Source: Ostrea edulis
Taxonomy: Eukaryota
Reading direction: 5' to 3'
Length of the DNA stretch: 64,000 nt
NCBI RefSeq assembly: GCF_947568905.1
Contig: NC_079165.1
Coordinates: forward strand, 34,348,001-34,412,000
Under the pieces are notes generated by a model. The model saw only the letters and a list, made by a program, of their open reading frames with translations, ran no database searches and was not told the DNA's origin. Below are positions 1 to 13,651 of the stretch, one piece after another (the first letter of the stretch is position 1; every line of letters begins with the position of its first letter). The translations under genes and the position numbers were made by a program.

Positions 1-2814
1 TGGTAACATATATATAAAATATCAAATGTCCTGTAAAAAGCATCAGTTGCACTGCCCACAGCCACACATGCAGATATGACAATGAAAATAGGCAGTGACA
101 GTGAACTACATATGAACTTCTTCATCATGGTGAGTTAACTGGTAGTGACTGACTTTACAAAGCAATTTGTCTGTCTACAATGTAAGATTCTACTACAAAA
201 TGCAGGGGAACTACTTACCAATTGATGACCTTATTGTCTTTGAAAACATCTGGGTCAAGAGTCACATGACATGAAGATGTGTTTTGAGCTTGAATCTGCT
301 GCTGTGAACTATAATAAATAAAACATAATTTCATAAAAAATAATAATCATATACCAATATATAATATAAAAATGAAAAATCCAAAACCAGTGGAAACGCT
401 GTTGTGTTTATATTGTGTAGTTGACCTGGGTTTCGGCCTTAGGTGGTTATTTTCAGGTTTTCACTGTCACTAAGACTGGAAACCAAGTTAACCTGCCCAA
501 TAAATACCACTGCATTTTCATTGAGGTTGGATTTCTGTGTTTGTACCTCTAAATGAAATACAAAACAAGGCCTGTTGAATACCTAAAGGTACATGTATCC
601 ACCATTGGAAATCCATTGCAAATTATACACTGCAATCATACAATGCTGGATCCTGTCTAATCAATTCTATAGCAATATATACATTACCTTTATATTAACA
701 ATGTAAATGACCTTCCCATGAGTGTATGGCCATGAATATAATTAATGGATACCCTTCCAATTAGATAATCACACATTTCTTATATTCAACTGAAAAACTG
801 TCCCTTAATTTATGTCACTGTCGGCAATGGAAGATTTAAGGAATCTCATTATATTGAGTAGAGGCCATGATAAACATCCTATATTCAGAGAACTTAAAAC
901 TTGCATCTGTCTGTTCTATATAAGTGAAATATTCTTGCAGGAATGTAAAACTGCATACAAATTCATTAAAAAAAACACATCATTAACACTCAGGCATTTA
1001 CTGTACTTTAGCATGGAGGCTCTACTACTAGTTTCTCCAATGAATGAATGTCATATTACATGTACATGTATATACTACACTGCGCATATTTTTTTTTTAA
1101 CATGCTGAAATATTCAGTCTATATTCTTGGAGTGAAGGAAAATGAGAAATAACAATGGTTAATTACAAAATTAATTTTGAATCAGATTCTTGAAAGAAAC
1201 CTGTTTCTGTCCACTTTCAATTCGTATTTTTTTTTATTGCCATATATCATGTCAACGCTATATCATGTATATGGTAATGTTATCTTTAGTGCACTATTAA
1301 CTGAAGGAAAATATGCACAAATTAAATAGTCAATTAATTATCCTGGATTTAGTCTTCAAAACTGCAATGAAACATAAGATCTATATACATTCTATCAATA
1401 ACCTGATTCAACATTCAATCACCCAATCAGAATTCAATCTTTAAACCCCTTTTATAGATGCATCTTGAACACAATACCAGTAAATTATAGCGAGTTTGAT
1501 GCATATCTATGGAAAACAAAATCATTAAAGGGGAAATTCAAGCTGAGTCAATTACATTGTGTATACATATTTCAAAAGAAATTTCCAGTCACATTTAATT
1601 CAATATTTTGCAAATACATGTACATAATGAAAGCACAATCTCATTCATCTTAAAGATGGGCATCACCAATAGTTCCTGTTACTATAGGCTAAGCGAGAAC
1701 TTTTCAGAGTATCCATACAATAATTGCCTAGCGACTGGCCACCCAATACATCTATAATGTATCTGATGCCCTGAAACACTAATAAGTCTGAAATTGATAT
1801 TTCTAATTCCAAAACCCCAATAGAACATTGGAATCCTCAGGCATTGAATAAATCAGCTACTTTACCTGTTTGATATAAGTCATACTTCTACCTGCGTTAT
1901 TGTTTGTGATGTCAGTTGAAATCTACGTTACCTGTTAATCCTCATATTGAGAAAGTTGATGTTTCTTCTCTTCGTAGTTTGATACATAATTGGTACAATG
2001 AAATGCTAACTTACTGACACTATTCAGAAAAAAAACAACAAGTTCATAGTCTCCCTCAACACAAATTACATGTATTTCACTCAGTTGCATCTCTCAAGGT
2101 TGGGGGGGGGGGGGGGGGGGGGGGGGTCTGCTGCCCTGGAGACAATAAACTAGTGCTATTGTCCTCTCTGCCAGTATTAAAGTTGATAATATTTTTCAAT
2201 ACTTTGACTATAGAACGTTGAGTAGAATAAATTATTGTTGCTGTCTAGTATCCAGCAGTTTGAGATCAGCCTGCTTAGTTAATTGACTCCCAATGACAAA
2301 ACTATAAATTTCAGTTTTGGAGAAATAACACAGTATGTACTATCAGTTGTAACTACCAATATGGTATGTTTCAGTATCCTGTTTTCATGATAAATGTATG
2401 TTTTATATTGTTAAGAGTTTAGAAGATGTTAAGTAGAAATATATGTTCCACCACATTTGTGAATTATAGTTACCAATTTTTCTTCCATTATATATACCAT
2501 GTATACTGCAGATTCCTTATTTTACCCAAGAGAACATCAATTCCCAAGTGGATGGTCGATTCAAAAGTTTTTACATGTATCTCAGTAATATTAAAAAAGA
2601 GGGACAAATTTTATTGCAAGAGTGGTAAAAATCCTCATTTATATTAAGAACAGACAACATAATAGTGTGGAGTTAAAGGTCAGAGTGCAAGAAAACAATT
2701 AGCAGTGTGATAACATGAAAAAGACAGGCTGTCAGTGAACAATCGTTATGAGAGAAATTACACAATTACATTGCTTCTCGTTGTCTTTAACAAAAGAAGA
2801 AGACATATACTTAC

Positions 2815-2908
2815 CATTCTGTCGGGACAGAATCCGAAATTACTCTCACGATGTACAGGATACATGTTAAAAGCTTTATGGCAAAGTTAAAAATTCGGAT
2901 CCGAAGAC
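2815..2908 (-). CDS. slo2: Slo2/KCNT channel shared exon (S1 helix region; SLRIRIFNFAIKLLTCILYIVRVISDSVPTE)
   Basis: Acceptor ttgcag| at 2909 and donor |gtaagt at 2814. Translation closely matches KCNT1/2 [26 protein letters not shown]. Phase fits the 3624-3703 exon. Downstream exons were not found in the window. Confidence 0.93.
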
Positions 2909-3623
2909 CTGCAATGAAATTATTATCGAAAGTGAAAAAAACATGTCCGAATTTTTTCCTTAAAAGACAAAATAAATTAAATCAGAATAAGTGCAATACA
3001 ACATACACTAACAACATTCAAAACGATGATGATACACTAGCTGTATAAAACTAAAAATCACAAACTTTAAAACACATTTGCAGAATTATGAAATCGAATA
3101 GATCAGTCACACCATACTGGATAGTACAAACAGAAACAACAGGCCCATGGACCACATCGCTCACCAAATTGGCACTGCTGTTTAGCTGTTGTGATTTTTG
3201 AAAGATTTTTTTCAATCTTTATTCCCATGAACAATTTGACCCCATATGGTGGTCCCAACTTATCCCCAAAAGGGTCACAATATACTTGTAGATTAGTTTC
3301 CCAAAAGTTTCTATATAGCACAGTTCAAAAGTTACATGTGGACTGACAAATACATGTAAACGAACTAGCCTAAAACACCAACACCTCTACTCCCTGATCT
3401 TCCATCTTGGGAAATACTGAATGTAAAATTAAAATATATCTTTAAAATTGAAGATGAAATCTAAAACAAGGACACCTCAGAGGTTCCAAATCTACAGTGT
3501 CTTGCAACCAAGATGCTGCAGAGAATATAGTATGAAAAATCGATACAAGTAATGTGATATAAAGGTAAATCTGCTTGGTAACTGTCTTATAAACATAACA
3601 ATTATTATAATATAATTACATAC

Positions 3624-3703
3624 TCGATCTTTGGTTCTTTATGAAGTACAGCTGAAGTCGCTCTTTCAACGATTTTTCATTTGTGAAAAACTCGACCCTC
3701 ACT
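3624..3703 (-). CDS. slo2: Slo2/KCNT channel first shared exon ([26 protein letters not shown])
   Basis: Poly-T acceptor tttttcag| and donor |gtatgt; 80 nt, entered in phase 2 and exited in phase 1. Matches [31 protein letters not shown]. Confidence 0.93.
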
Positions 3704-5300
3704 CTGAAAAAAAAAAGAAAAGTTATTGGAAAAATATCATACTGTATCCCTACTCAAATTTAAGGAGTTTACAATTAACTTCCTTCCTGTCAAATATTTA
3801 GAGTATGCTAATCATTAACTACCTACATCACACAACTGTAAATGTTTAATACACTTTAGCAATCACGTTAAATGCTACAATGTCACGCAAGCATGAAGTC
3901 ATATTGCAGCAATTATGATCCACTAATCATTAATGTTCTGACACTCCTGGTAAATGGATGTTCTTGGGCTAATTTGTAAATATTTGGATTTGAAAGGCAC
4001 ACAATTTACCAGTGAAAAAATACACATCAATATTGAAAATGAACGGTTTGTTAACCTCTGCATAGAATATTAAGGAAAACTCACATTCTTTAAAACAAAT
4101 TGAGATCATTGCGTAACATATTGATGAAATAATTTTCTGTCCCATAACAGTTAATGTTGTTATTCAAACTAGGTTAAAGCCGAGTTGCACAATCCAAAAA
4201 GTGTTTTCCTTTGTTGGGTCAAGCTAATGTCATTTGGCACCATTCACAGATTTCCCCGTAAAACCTTAATATATTCAGACAGTGTTATCGTTCGGGTATT
4301 GTTTTGTATTGTTTTATGACCTAGAACCATACAGTTCATAGGTTTAAGTAGAATAAGTAAACATAAATATAAACAAAAGTTATACATAAAGTGAATACAA
4401 TGCAGGTTAGGTAAATGGACACGATTCATTCAATGTATAGATAGTTGATGCCTGTGAGATAGTAAATATAGTTTGTAACATAATGAATATGAAATATATG
4501 GTAAAATTGAGGATAACCTCAGCATTATGTATGCATTTCAGTTCTTGATATTGCATTTTGTTAAACATTAGGCATAATGTGGTACATTGCATTGCGAGCA
4601 CTTAAGACTGAAATTAAGATATCATCCACTTAAGTTTATAAAATCTCAGGCCAACAAGATACGGCTTTGTGAGATTTTAAAAAAGAATGGTCGTTATAAT
4701 TCAATATAGATGAAGTTTTTTTACATTGTAAATTTGACAGAAGTGTATACTAGAATTTCTCTGTCCTAATCTTTAGAGCTTGCTATTTACAGTTTAGGGT
4801 AATTCATAGGTTGCAAGTTTATAAGAATGCTGACGGAAAACTGAAGATTATGCCAATAACTTTCATGAATGGGTAAGTCATTTATAGCTCCGACAGAAGG
4901 CATTTGCATTACATGTAACAATTCATGCGTTTTCTGCAATGCAGTATTACAGAGATCATGCAATAAAATAGTTCATTTACATTATACTAAGTATTGAATA
5001 CTAGTATCGTTTTTTTGCATGTGCAGAAGGAATAATCATGATAATGCTTGTGTTTATCAGAGATCCGTAATACATTGGCTAAATCCATGCATAACAGGTC
5101 CAAATTATACCTCACTGTGGAGCACCTCACTGTAGAACCAATCACCAAAAATGAATTTTTTTCTGTAGTACTAGACAAGCATTACTGCCAAGTCTTGGGT
5201 ATCTTTTATTTCAAGTTCAATATAGGATACATGAAATCAATAAAGGACTGAAAGTGAATATTGTTGATAAATAAAATGTCAATTTATCTAATTGTAGAGT

Positions 5301-5640
5301 TGATTGTTTCATGGTATATTGTTTAACGTCCCTCTTGAGAATTTGTAACTCATATGGAGATGTCACAAAGACCACTAAAGGGCTTCAAATTTAGGCCTAT
5401 GCTCAGCGCTTACTGCCATTGAGCAGTGAGGGTTCTTTAGCATGCCACACCTACTGTGACACGGGACATCCGTTTTTAAGGTCATCTCCCAGAACCCATG
5501 ACATTCACACCTGATGCCGAGCGTTTTGCGATGGAACTGTCACTACCTGTTTCAACGACTTAAGTTTGTCACTGCCAGGATTCGAACCCTGACCTTCCAC
5601 ATGCGGGCTGAACGTGCTACCTCTAGACCACCGCGGCGGT
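5301..5640 (-). mobile_element. tRNA-derived SINE, full length (family A, tRNA head)
   Basis: The reverse complement begins accgccgcggtggtctagagg...ggttcgaatcctgg (A and B boxes). Body and 3' part match other copies (ctcaaaggccgtaagcgc...gagtgaaaaattctc...acgttaaacaa). Confidence 0.75.
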
Positions 5641-5968
5641 AAATGTAAAATTAAAGGCCACAGCAAGAGATTTTTTTCTTCATATGTAGAACTTTAGAAT
5701 ACTTGGTAGTTTCTGACTAATAAGAATACAAAATCAGGCTAGGTAATAAAAGGGCACAATTTATGCCCATGGGAATTCCAATAGACTGTTGGAAGACTTG
5801 CTCTTCAATGACTACATAGATATTATCAATTGTTACAGTACTTTTTAGTAATCTTCAATATGGTCTGTAACACTTATTTTGATTTTTGTATTTTTGTACT
5901 AAGTATGTAAGTAAACACAATAAAACAGTTAGTAAAACAAACATAAGATATTTAGTCTTTTTTTTTTT

Positions 5969-6270
5969 TTAGGTCTGCCAAATTATCTTTTAGATCTGTC
6001 AATTCATCTTTCAGGTCTTTAGGTCTGCCAAATCATTTTGAAGGTCTGCTGAGTCATCTTTCAGGTCTGCAGAGTCATTTGTTTAGGTCTGCAGAGTCAT
6101 TTATTTAGGTCTGCTGAGTCATTTGTTTAGGTCTGCTGAGTCGGTTGTTTAGGTCTGCTGAGTCGGTTGTTTAGGTCTGCTGAGTCGGTTGTTTAGGTCC
6201 GCTGAGTCGTTTCTTTAGATCTGCTGAGTCATTTGTTTATAGGTCTGTTGAGTTGTTGTTTAGGTCTACT
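5969..6270. repeat. 22-bp minisatellite (aggtctgctgagtcggttgttt)n
   Basis: Units recur 22 nt apart (e.g. 6129, 6151), degenerating at both edges. Confidence 0.9.
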
Positions 6271-6351
6271 TCAGTTCAGAAAACTGTGGACCTTTGTATA
6301 AAATCTTAATCCTCACAGCAAACAAGAAGTGGAGTTCTAAAATATAGTCCA

Positions 6352-6615
6352 GTGGGGATCCGGGTTAGAATAGGTCCTCAGTATATCCCTTGCTTGTCGT
6401 AAGAGGTGACTAATTGGGGCGGTCCTCTGGTTGAGACCGCAAAAACTGAGGCCCTTTGTCACAGCAGGTGTGGCACGATAAAGATTCCTCCCTGCTCAAA
6501 GGCCGTAAGCGCCAAACATAGACCTAAATTTTGCAGTCCTTCACCGGCAATGGCGACTTCTCCACATGATGGAAAAATTCTCAAGAGGGATGTTAAACAA
6601 TATACAACCAACCAT
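6352..6615 (+). mobile_element. SINE family A, non-tRNA-head variant
   Basis: gtggggatccgggttagaataggtcctcagta...cttgcttgtcgtaagagg...ctcaaaggccgtaagcgcc...gttaaacaa. Near-identical copies at 40912 and 61345 (minus). Confidence 0.75.
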
Positions 6616-7247
6616 CTAAAATATATATTGATCATAATGTTTATAATTATGATCAGGTCTCTGTGAAATGATTGCACCTTTAATGTGTTAATAACATATC
6701 GAAAAGTCAGAAACCTATTACTGAAATTTGAGAACAAGAAAAAACCATGATAGAATTCATTGTGCCATATAGAGTTACACAATTATTTTTCCCTAACTAA
6801 TAGTATGGAGAAGCAAAACAAGAGGCCCATGGGTCTTAAAGGTCACCTGAGTAACATAAATCAGATGTGTTTATGGGTAGATGGTGCAGGTGTGTACTCG
6901 GAGAACGACTTAATTCTTCTGGTTTGGATTTATAAGCAACCTTTGTGCCAATTTTGAATGAGCTGCTTATATATCTCTCAATTACTAAGCTGTGGTCCAG
7001 ACAAAACTTTTTTAATACATGTAGTTTAAACCATAATTATTTCATATTCAAACTTACCGGGTACAAAGGCATAGCATCATCAAATAGTATTCAAACAAAT
7101 CTTTAACAGTGACCTTGGCTTTGGTCAGATAGAGTAGTGACACACATCTGTTCGATCATAAGCAACCTTATACAGAGTGTGAAGTAAATGCAAAGGAGTA
7201 AAAAAAATTTTAAAGATGTAAAGCATTTTCAGTTTATAAGTCATTCA

Positions 7248-7591
7248 GAACCTAGGACTGGATGAACAATAACCCTGAACTAGGATGAACCTAGGACTGG
7301 ATGAACAATAACCCTGAACTAGGATGAACCTAGGACTGGATGAACAATAACCCTGAACTAGGATGAACCTAGGACTGGATGAACAATAACCCTGAACTAG
7401 GATGAACCTAGGACTGGATGAACAATAACCCTGAACTAGGATGAACCTAGGACTGGATGAACAATAACCCTGAACTAGGATGAACCTAGGACTGGATAAA
7501 CAATAACCCTGAACTAGGATGAACCTAGGACTGGATGAACAATAACCCTGAACTAGGATGAACCTAGGACTGGATGAACATTAACCCTAGG
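7248..7591. repeat. 39-bp minisatellite (gaacctaggactggatgaacaataaccctgaactaggat)n, about 9 copies
   Basis: cctagg recurs at 7251, 7290 and onward every 39 nt; copies are almost identical. Confidence 0.95.
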
Positions 7592-8514
7592 ATACAAATG
7601 TCATCGAGTTTGAGTGCTAGATTTTCAGAGTAAGAGTTAACATATCTCCTTTCCTAGGAGCCTTAACATGGTCTGGTCCAGGAACCATTAGATTCACAAT
7701 TTTAATTATCACTACACACCCACTTCTTGTGCTTGATATTCAGGAGAAAAGAAGATGGTTATATACATATTTAAATAACAGCATTCTTATTTATAACTAC
7801 ATATCATTCCTTAGAGCTCCATCCTGAAAACTGGACCCCAGTTCCCTCAAAATTCACACATTTCATGATTTTGGTCAACTCACCTCTATCATGTCTATGT
7901 TAAGTTAATTTCCTAGATACACACACACACACTGAACCCTTATTCCAAGGTCATGAATTTTACAATTTTAATAGCTTTCATATTAATTTTAAGTATAATA
8001 ACACTTAATTTTCATGTCAGATAACCAAGAGTAAAAATAATTTATAAAGATTGTACTTTTTTCAAGGTTTAAGCCATTCCCTGAGTATAGCTATTAATTT
8101 CCAAAAGGCGAGGACCATGCACATGAGGGGAAGGGAGGGGGTGGGCATGGATAGCAACAGACCACCTAATCAGTGACCAACAGGTGACCTAAACATTGTG
8201 AAAAATCATATCTCAATAACTGACATATTGCTTATAGTAGTACAATCGTACCACTATGCTAATGATATTCAGTACGATAATGAAACAGAAAACTCCCAAC
8301 ATATGTCAATCCAAGTGAAATATTTGAAAAATGTATCTAATAGTATATTTATAAACTTATCTATAAATATCAATGGGAAAATAATTGGAAATGTAAATAT
8401 AATAATATGCAATGTTTTTCTCCTTAAATTTTATCAGTATAAAATTATGCCATTAATTTCCATATCATCGATCTTTTAAGGATATACGATTGCAAACGTG
8501 GGAATCACACCTGC

Positions 8515-8785
8515 GATGTAGTCACTTTAAATTCTCAGATATCATTTCCCACCTCAAAGTCTGGCAACACATGGAGGATATCATTACTATCTGTGATGTA
8601 GTCACTTTAAATTCTCAGATATCATTTCCCACCTCAAAGTCTGGCAACACATGGAGGAGATCATTACTATATCAGATATCATTTCCCACCTCAAAGTCTG
8701 GCAACACATGGAGGAGATCATTACTATATCAGATATCATTTCCCACCTCAAAGTCTGGCAACACATGGAGGAGATCATTACTATA
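8515..8785. repeat. Tandem repeat, 4 copies of a 57-bp core (first spacing 80 bp)
   Basis: cagatatcatttcccacctcaaagtctggcaacacatggagg at about 8536, 8616, 8673 and 8730. Confidence 0.9.
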
Positions 8786-8990
8786 GCTATTCATTGCATA
8801 TGATCAATACGGCATGATCAGTTTACCTTTTATAACACGATAAACATAATTAATTTCCTTGTTAAAAAATACTTTACTCCAAGATATAATACACTATAGC
8901 ATTAAAACCTTTACAATTCACACAACAAGCTCCCATGAGACTTAATATTCTAAATCTGAAATTTTCATTCCATACATCAGGCAAACTTAC

Positions 8991-9160
8991 TTTGGTGGTG
9001 GGGGTAGGTTATCAGAGTTCATGGAGAGCCGTTCTACCCCACTACTTCTGTGCCCTTGGTTCCTTCGATATCTGCCCCTCCTTTCCCCTGACATATTACT
9101 GAACGGACTGCCAGGTCTAGAATTTACTCCACCCCTATGATAAAACCAAACATTGGACAT
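8991..9160 (-). CDS. slo2: Candidate alternative first coding exon of Slo2 (MSNVWFYHRGG...SDNLPPPPK)
   Basis: ATG at 9160 with an in-frame stop upstream; 56 codons plus 2 nt, then a perfect |gtaagt donor. Phase 2 fits the 3703 acceptor. Confidence 0.65.
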
Positions 9161-12100
9161 GTCCCCGCCTATAGAACTCCTCAATTACAGCGTAAATTCC
9201 AAGAGGTTCGCACTTACACTGGACGATATGACAGCCATTCGGATGATTATTTGTAGTCTATCATTGATCACAAAAATCTAACACTCATTTATAAATCATT
9301 AGCTAAGAGGATTTAAGAATTTTCAACATCAACAAACACTATTCTTCACTAGGAGTACTCTTTGGAAAAAACCACATCATATATTAGAACAATGCAACTT
9401 GTTGATATCTTGAGGCACAAGAGTGAAGCCTTAAATTCCCAGCTTCCCATAAACAGCCATCCAAACTAAAAGAGCACTCATTCCAGAATTTTAAATAATT
9501 ATCAGTGTAGCGCATGCTGAGCACAAAAACCTCCTCCAATCAATCTGATATCGACAGAGTCACAGTTGTCACTGAACTGAGGAGACATATGTGGATTTTC
9601 CATGTTTTATATATACACCTCACTGTTGTTACATTTTTCACCTGAAGACAGCCAGCCACACACCCAGCTGGTGAATATGCTTGGAGAGAGGGAACTATAT
9701 TGACTGCTACACAGTGCTTTACAAAATTGGCACCATTGTTCAGTATCAATAGCTGGCTTCCTTTTGTCTGTCGTTTATCTATTTATAAATTGTTTAGCAT
9801 GCATGCATCCCAATGGAAGCTTTATTTTTTCATTTGTTTTCCTTGGTTTCAGATGACAGTCAAATCTATTTCCATGGTATGACACACCTGAATGATAACA
9901 GACACTGAAAATTGCTGTCCAATTAGGCTGAGATAATTTTAAGTTTAAATTACATGTGATATTAGAGACACAAAATCAATATGTATGATATAGATTAGTG
10001 GATCATCATAAAGTATTAAATTCTAATAATTTTTTTTTTTTTTTTTTTTTTTTACATATTAGTATGGTATTTTAAAATTAAAAAGATGGACATTTCAATT
10101 TTGTATTAAAATTAGTTTAAAATATAGTATTTAACTCATATTCAGAAAAGAACTGTGTATCACTGATAATTGTTCATTTTGCCTGTTATTTGTACATGTG
10201 TATCAAACTGATCTGATGTATTTTAAAAATGTTAGAACACTTATGAAATCTATTAAAGACCACTGATTTTTAATACCAGCAATGTTATCATCAGGGAATT
10301 TACTGTGCATTTAAAGAAGTGTCCAGGCTGGGAAATGGATCTGAGGGCTACCTTCAGGCTCCCAAACCAGCAGGAAGCTAAATTCCTAGAAGCTCCATGC
10401 TTCTGGTAAACCATGGAAGAACATTTCTCATCTGAAAACTACAGGTACTTTTATTTAATGCAAAAGTTCAAATGACCATGTATATAACAATATAAAATTA
10501 CATGTCTTGGATGGAAAATTCCCTTAAGAGATTGACAAAGACGGTAATATATTTGTCAGTCAATCTCACTGTTAGTGTCAGTAAGGATGGCGATTATATA
10601 ACGATGAAGTCTGTATTTTCACAGAATTATGGCTATGTCAATCAATATGCAAAATTAATGATATTTGCTCTTTTACTGACTGAAACATTAGAAGGCATTT
10701 AGTCAAACACAGTACAGTGGTTTTGCTCTGTTATTGTGAACCTGTACGGTAATAACCCCCTCAGCCAATGTCTCAACCACTGGTACAAATCCTTTAGACA
10801 TGTAAACTATAAATCAATTACTCTGCCTCATCAATTCCCAGTGAGAATATTACATGTATATACCAACTGACTATATTACAAGTTACAGGATTATAAAGTG
10901 ATATATTGGTATTACTTATGAATTCTGAACGGGAAGGGGGGGGGGGTGTGTGTGTTTCAGGTAGGTATTTTTTTCATTTTTACATGTTTTCGATTGCCGA
11001 TTTATCTTTTCTTTGAGTTCCACATTTCTTTAATTCATGTCATTTAGTGAGTTGAAATTAAAAGTCACCTGTTATGAATTACAATTTTCTTATAATCTGT
11101 CTATAGGTTCGATCCATACTCATGGTATTCTTGACACACACACACACATATATATATCAGTCTTCACAAAAAAATCATCACAGGACATTCGGAGAGACAG
11201 TCTAACACATTTCACAGGATGGAAAGAATTTTCACAATGAATCTTAACACATCCAAAACCCTGATAACCTTAAATTATTCGATTTTTATGCAAATTTTCA
11301 ACAGTTGTAAATGAAGATAAATTTCATTTTTGAAAATACATTCAAGAGTATGATCTGCAACGCATCATGTCGGCATACCTCACGAAGTGCATTAATTTAA
11401 AACATAACAAAAAATATGCCAGTGTACCATCTCTACGGTTCTTATATATTCGGTATATAAGAAATAACAAACTCAGTCAATCACAGATTTTTAATCAATA
11501 ATATTTACAAATATCCAATTCTTGATCAGAGCTCATCTGCTTCCACAACAGAAATACAATTCTGTTTACCAGCCAACTCGGCTATTAACAAATAAGCTAA
11601 TTAAGCCCTTGAAAGCCTTGTGCAGGCATGTAAGGTCTTTATTAACCAAGGTTCCAGCTTACCTAACCAAGCAATTTTACTGTCTTCACCAGTTGACTGC
11701 CAACATCAAACTGACTGAGAACTCAGATTCCTCAGTTTATAAACCCTATAGTCATGTGACCACTTAGAGATTCTAAATTCCGGAAGCAACTCCAACAAAA
11801 AGAATGGATATCATATGATTCAAATTTCATGCAATTTTGCAGTTCATATTTTACACATTCCACTTTCAATTCTGTTGAAATTCCCAGTTGTGAAAATAGA
11901 CATACTATGATTATCAAGTAGTTCTGTATTCATACGCGAATTGTTTACAACTGCAGCGCATTCATGAAAAAATGCCTATCATTACAATTTGTAAAGATAT
12001 CAAAGGCAAAATCATATTGCATGGAAATGTAAATACATGTATTAGTATTTATGATACAAAATTTATGACATTCCTTGAATTTTGGACAACATGGGCAAGA

Positions 12101-13651
12101 AATTGTAATTGAAGAACTTTAGGTTGCAGGGATGAAACCAGGTATGAGTGGGGAAAAAAAGCTATATAGTGGTTGCTTGAGATTGTGTACATAGGAAATC
12201 AGTTATCAAGTACAAAAATTCTCATCATTGTATCGATACAAATCCTGAATATGTCATAAATGGAAATGCTTAATTGATCTTCGATCTTCTTCTTTGTGTT
12301 GACAATTGGTTGCCATGCACACATTGTGGATTAAATTTGTGCCAATCAATTTGCAAGATAAAAAAAGTTAATTAAAGAACATATGAAAAGAGAACAATTA
12401 CAATATATCTAGATTTTGTTTTAATTGAGTTCAGTTGCTGTTCACTGTACTGTGAAGTATCACAAAATTGGACAAGCGATAAAATCGGTTGGTAGGCATG
12501 CAGTTCAACTCAAAGTGCAGAGGTACATGTATGTGTATGTAATTAAAGAAAAATCAAAATGAGTCAATTTTCAAGGGACGAGATGAAAAATTACATTTTT
12601 GGATGATCTTTAATTTATGCATGTAAACAGGATAAATTTACAAAACATAAGTAAAAAAATAAAGGTTTGTCGATATCCCATTTCAGAAAAAATAATAAGA
12701 TGGAGGTTTTTTTTATTTTTATAAACCCAAATTTGTGCTTACAAGAGAAATAATTTGTGACTTTCTTGGGTCAAATGGATGTATAGTATATTGTTATTAG
12801 AAATGGCTATTAATTAAACTGTCAGGTTAATTATTTCATCATAGACCATGATAAATTTTACCGGGTTTGGTTTGGAGTCTCTAGTGGTGGCATGCATCCA
12901 AGAGACCTACTCTGTTCGTATTATATGGTACATACTGTGAATTCACCCTATTAAGCGCCCCATCTACTATAAGCCCCCCCCCCCCCCCCCCCCCCCCCAG
13001 CAGGACTTTTTTCAACTCTCAAAAATTCCTGAACATGATCTGTTTGAGTGACCTAAGTGACCAACAAAAACACTAATAGAGCAATATATAACTGTCCCTG
13101 CCTCTTTTCAATTTATTTCAAATGACGAGTTTAGATTTCTGGGTGTCACTTTGTGAATGAAACCCGAAGACAAAATGGTGAGTATTCATTGTACGCTATT
13201 TTAATGAAGTGTTAGACGTGATGTGTCATAACAGAGAGAGAGAGAAAGAGACAGAGAATAAATATCTTGTATCTGTCAGCATTAATCATCTGATCTGTTT
13301 CTGTTGGTTGCCCACCAAACAATTTTTGCTTCAATGTTTACTAAATAAAAGTGGAAACATTGTGTTCAGAGAGCATGCCGTTCTGTCCTTGATTACTACC
13401 AATCATTGATAATTTAATAAGTTTGATAATTATAAATACAATGGTAGGGTTACCTAACCATGAAGCTTGGACTTAAGGTGTACTAAGTGAATTGGTACAT
13501 GCAAAAATCTTTTGTTCAAGGTTGGAAAAATTTACTAATTACTCATTAAAGAAGATTATAAAATATACATGTATTAATCATGTGTTAATGATGATATTGA
13601 ATGGAAACAATTATGACACTATAGTGTGTATTTGTATGTGTGTATAACTAC

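Noticed and set aside
2101-2126. Long poly-G/C tracts (also about 12975, 41394, 44108, 49724, 50059) as G-quadruplex elements
   Set aside because: Such homopolymers are common in these genomes, often inside MITEs, and their lengths are unreliable in assemblies.
1-2814. Search for the next Slo2 exon (expected xxGC...INWxxILWV)
   Set aside because: Candidate acceptor/donor pairs near 2040-1860, 2590-2525 and 640-490 gave stops or no similarity; the exon probably lies left of the window.
7058-7080. Micro first-exon candidate MMLCLCTR with a phase-2 gtaagt donor
   Set aside because: It lies at the edge of a Helentron-like repeat and is very short; a chance donor is likely.
8490-8786. 98-aa ORF with QISFPTSKSGNTWRRSLLY repeats
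   Set aside because: It is a translation of the 57-bp tandem repeat, starts at TTG and has no splice support.
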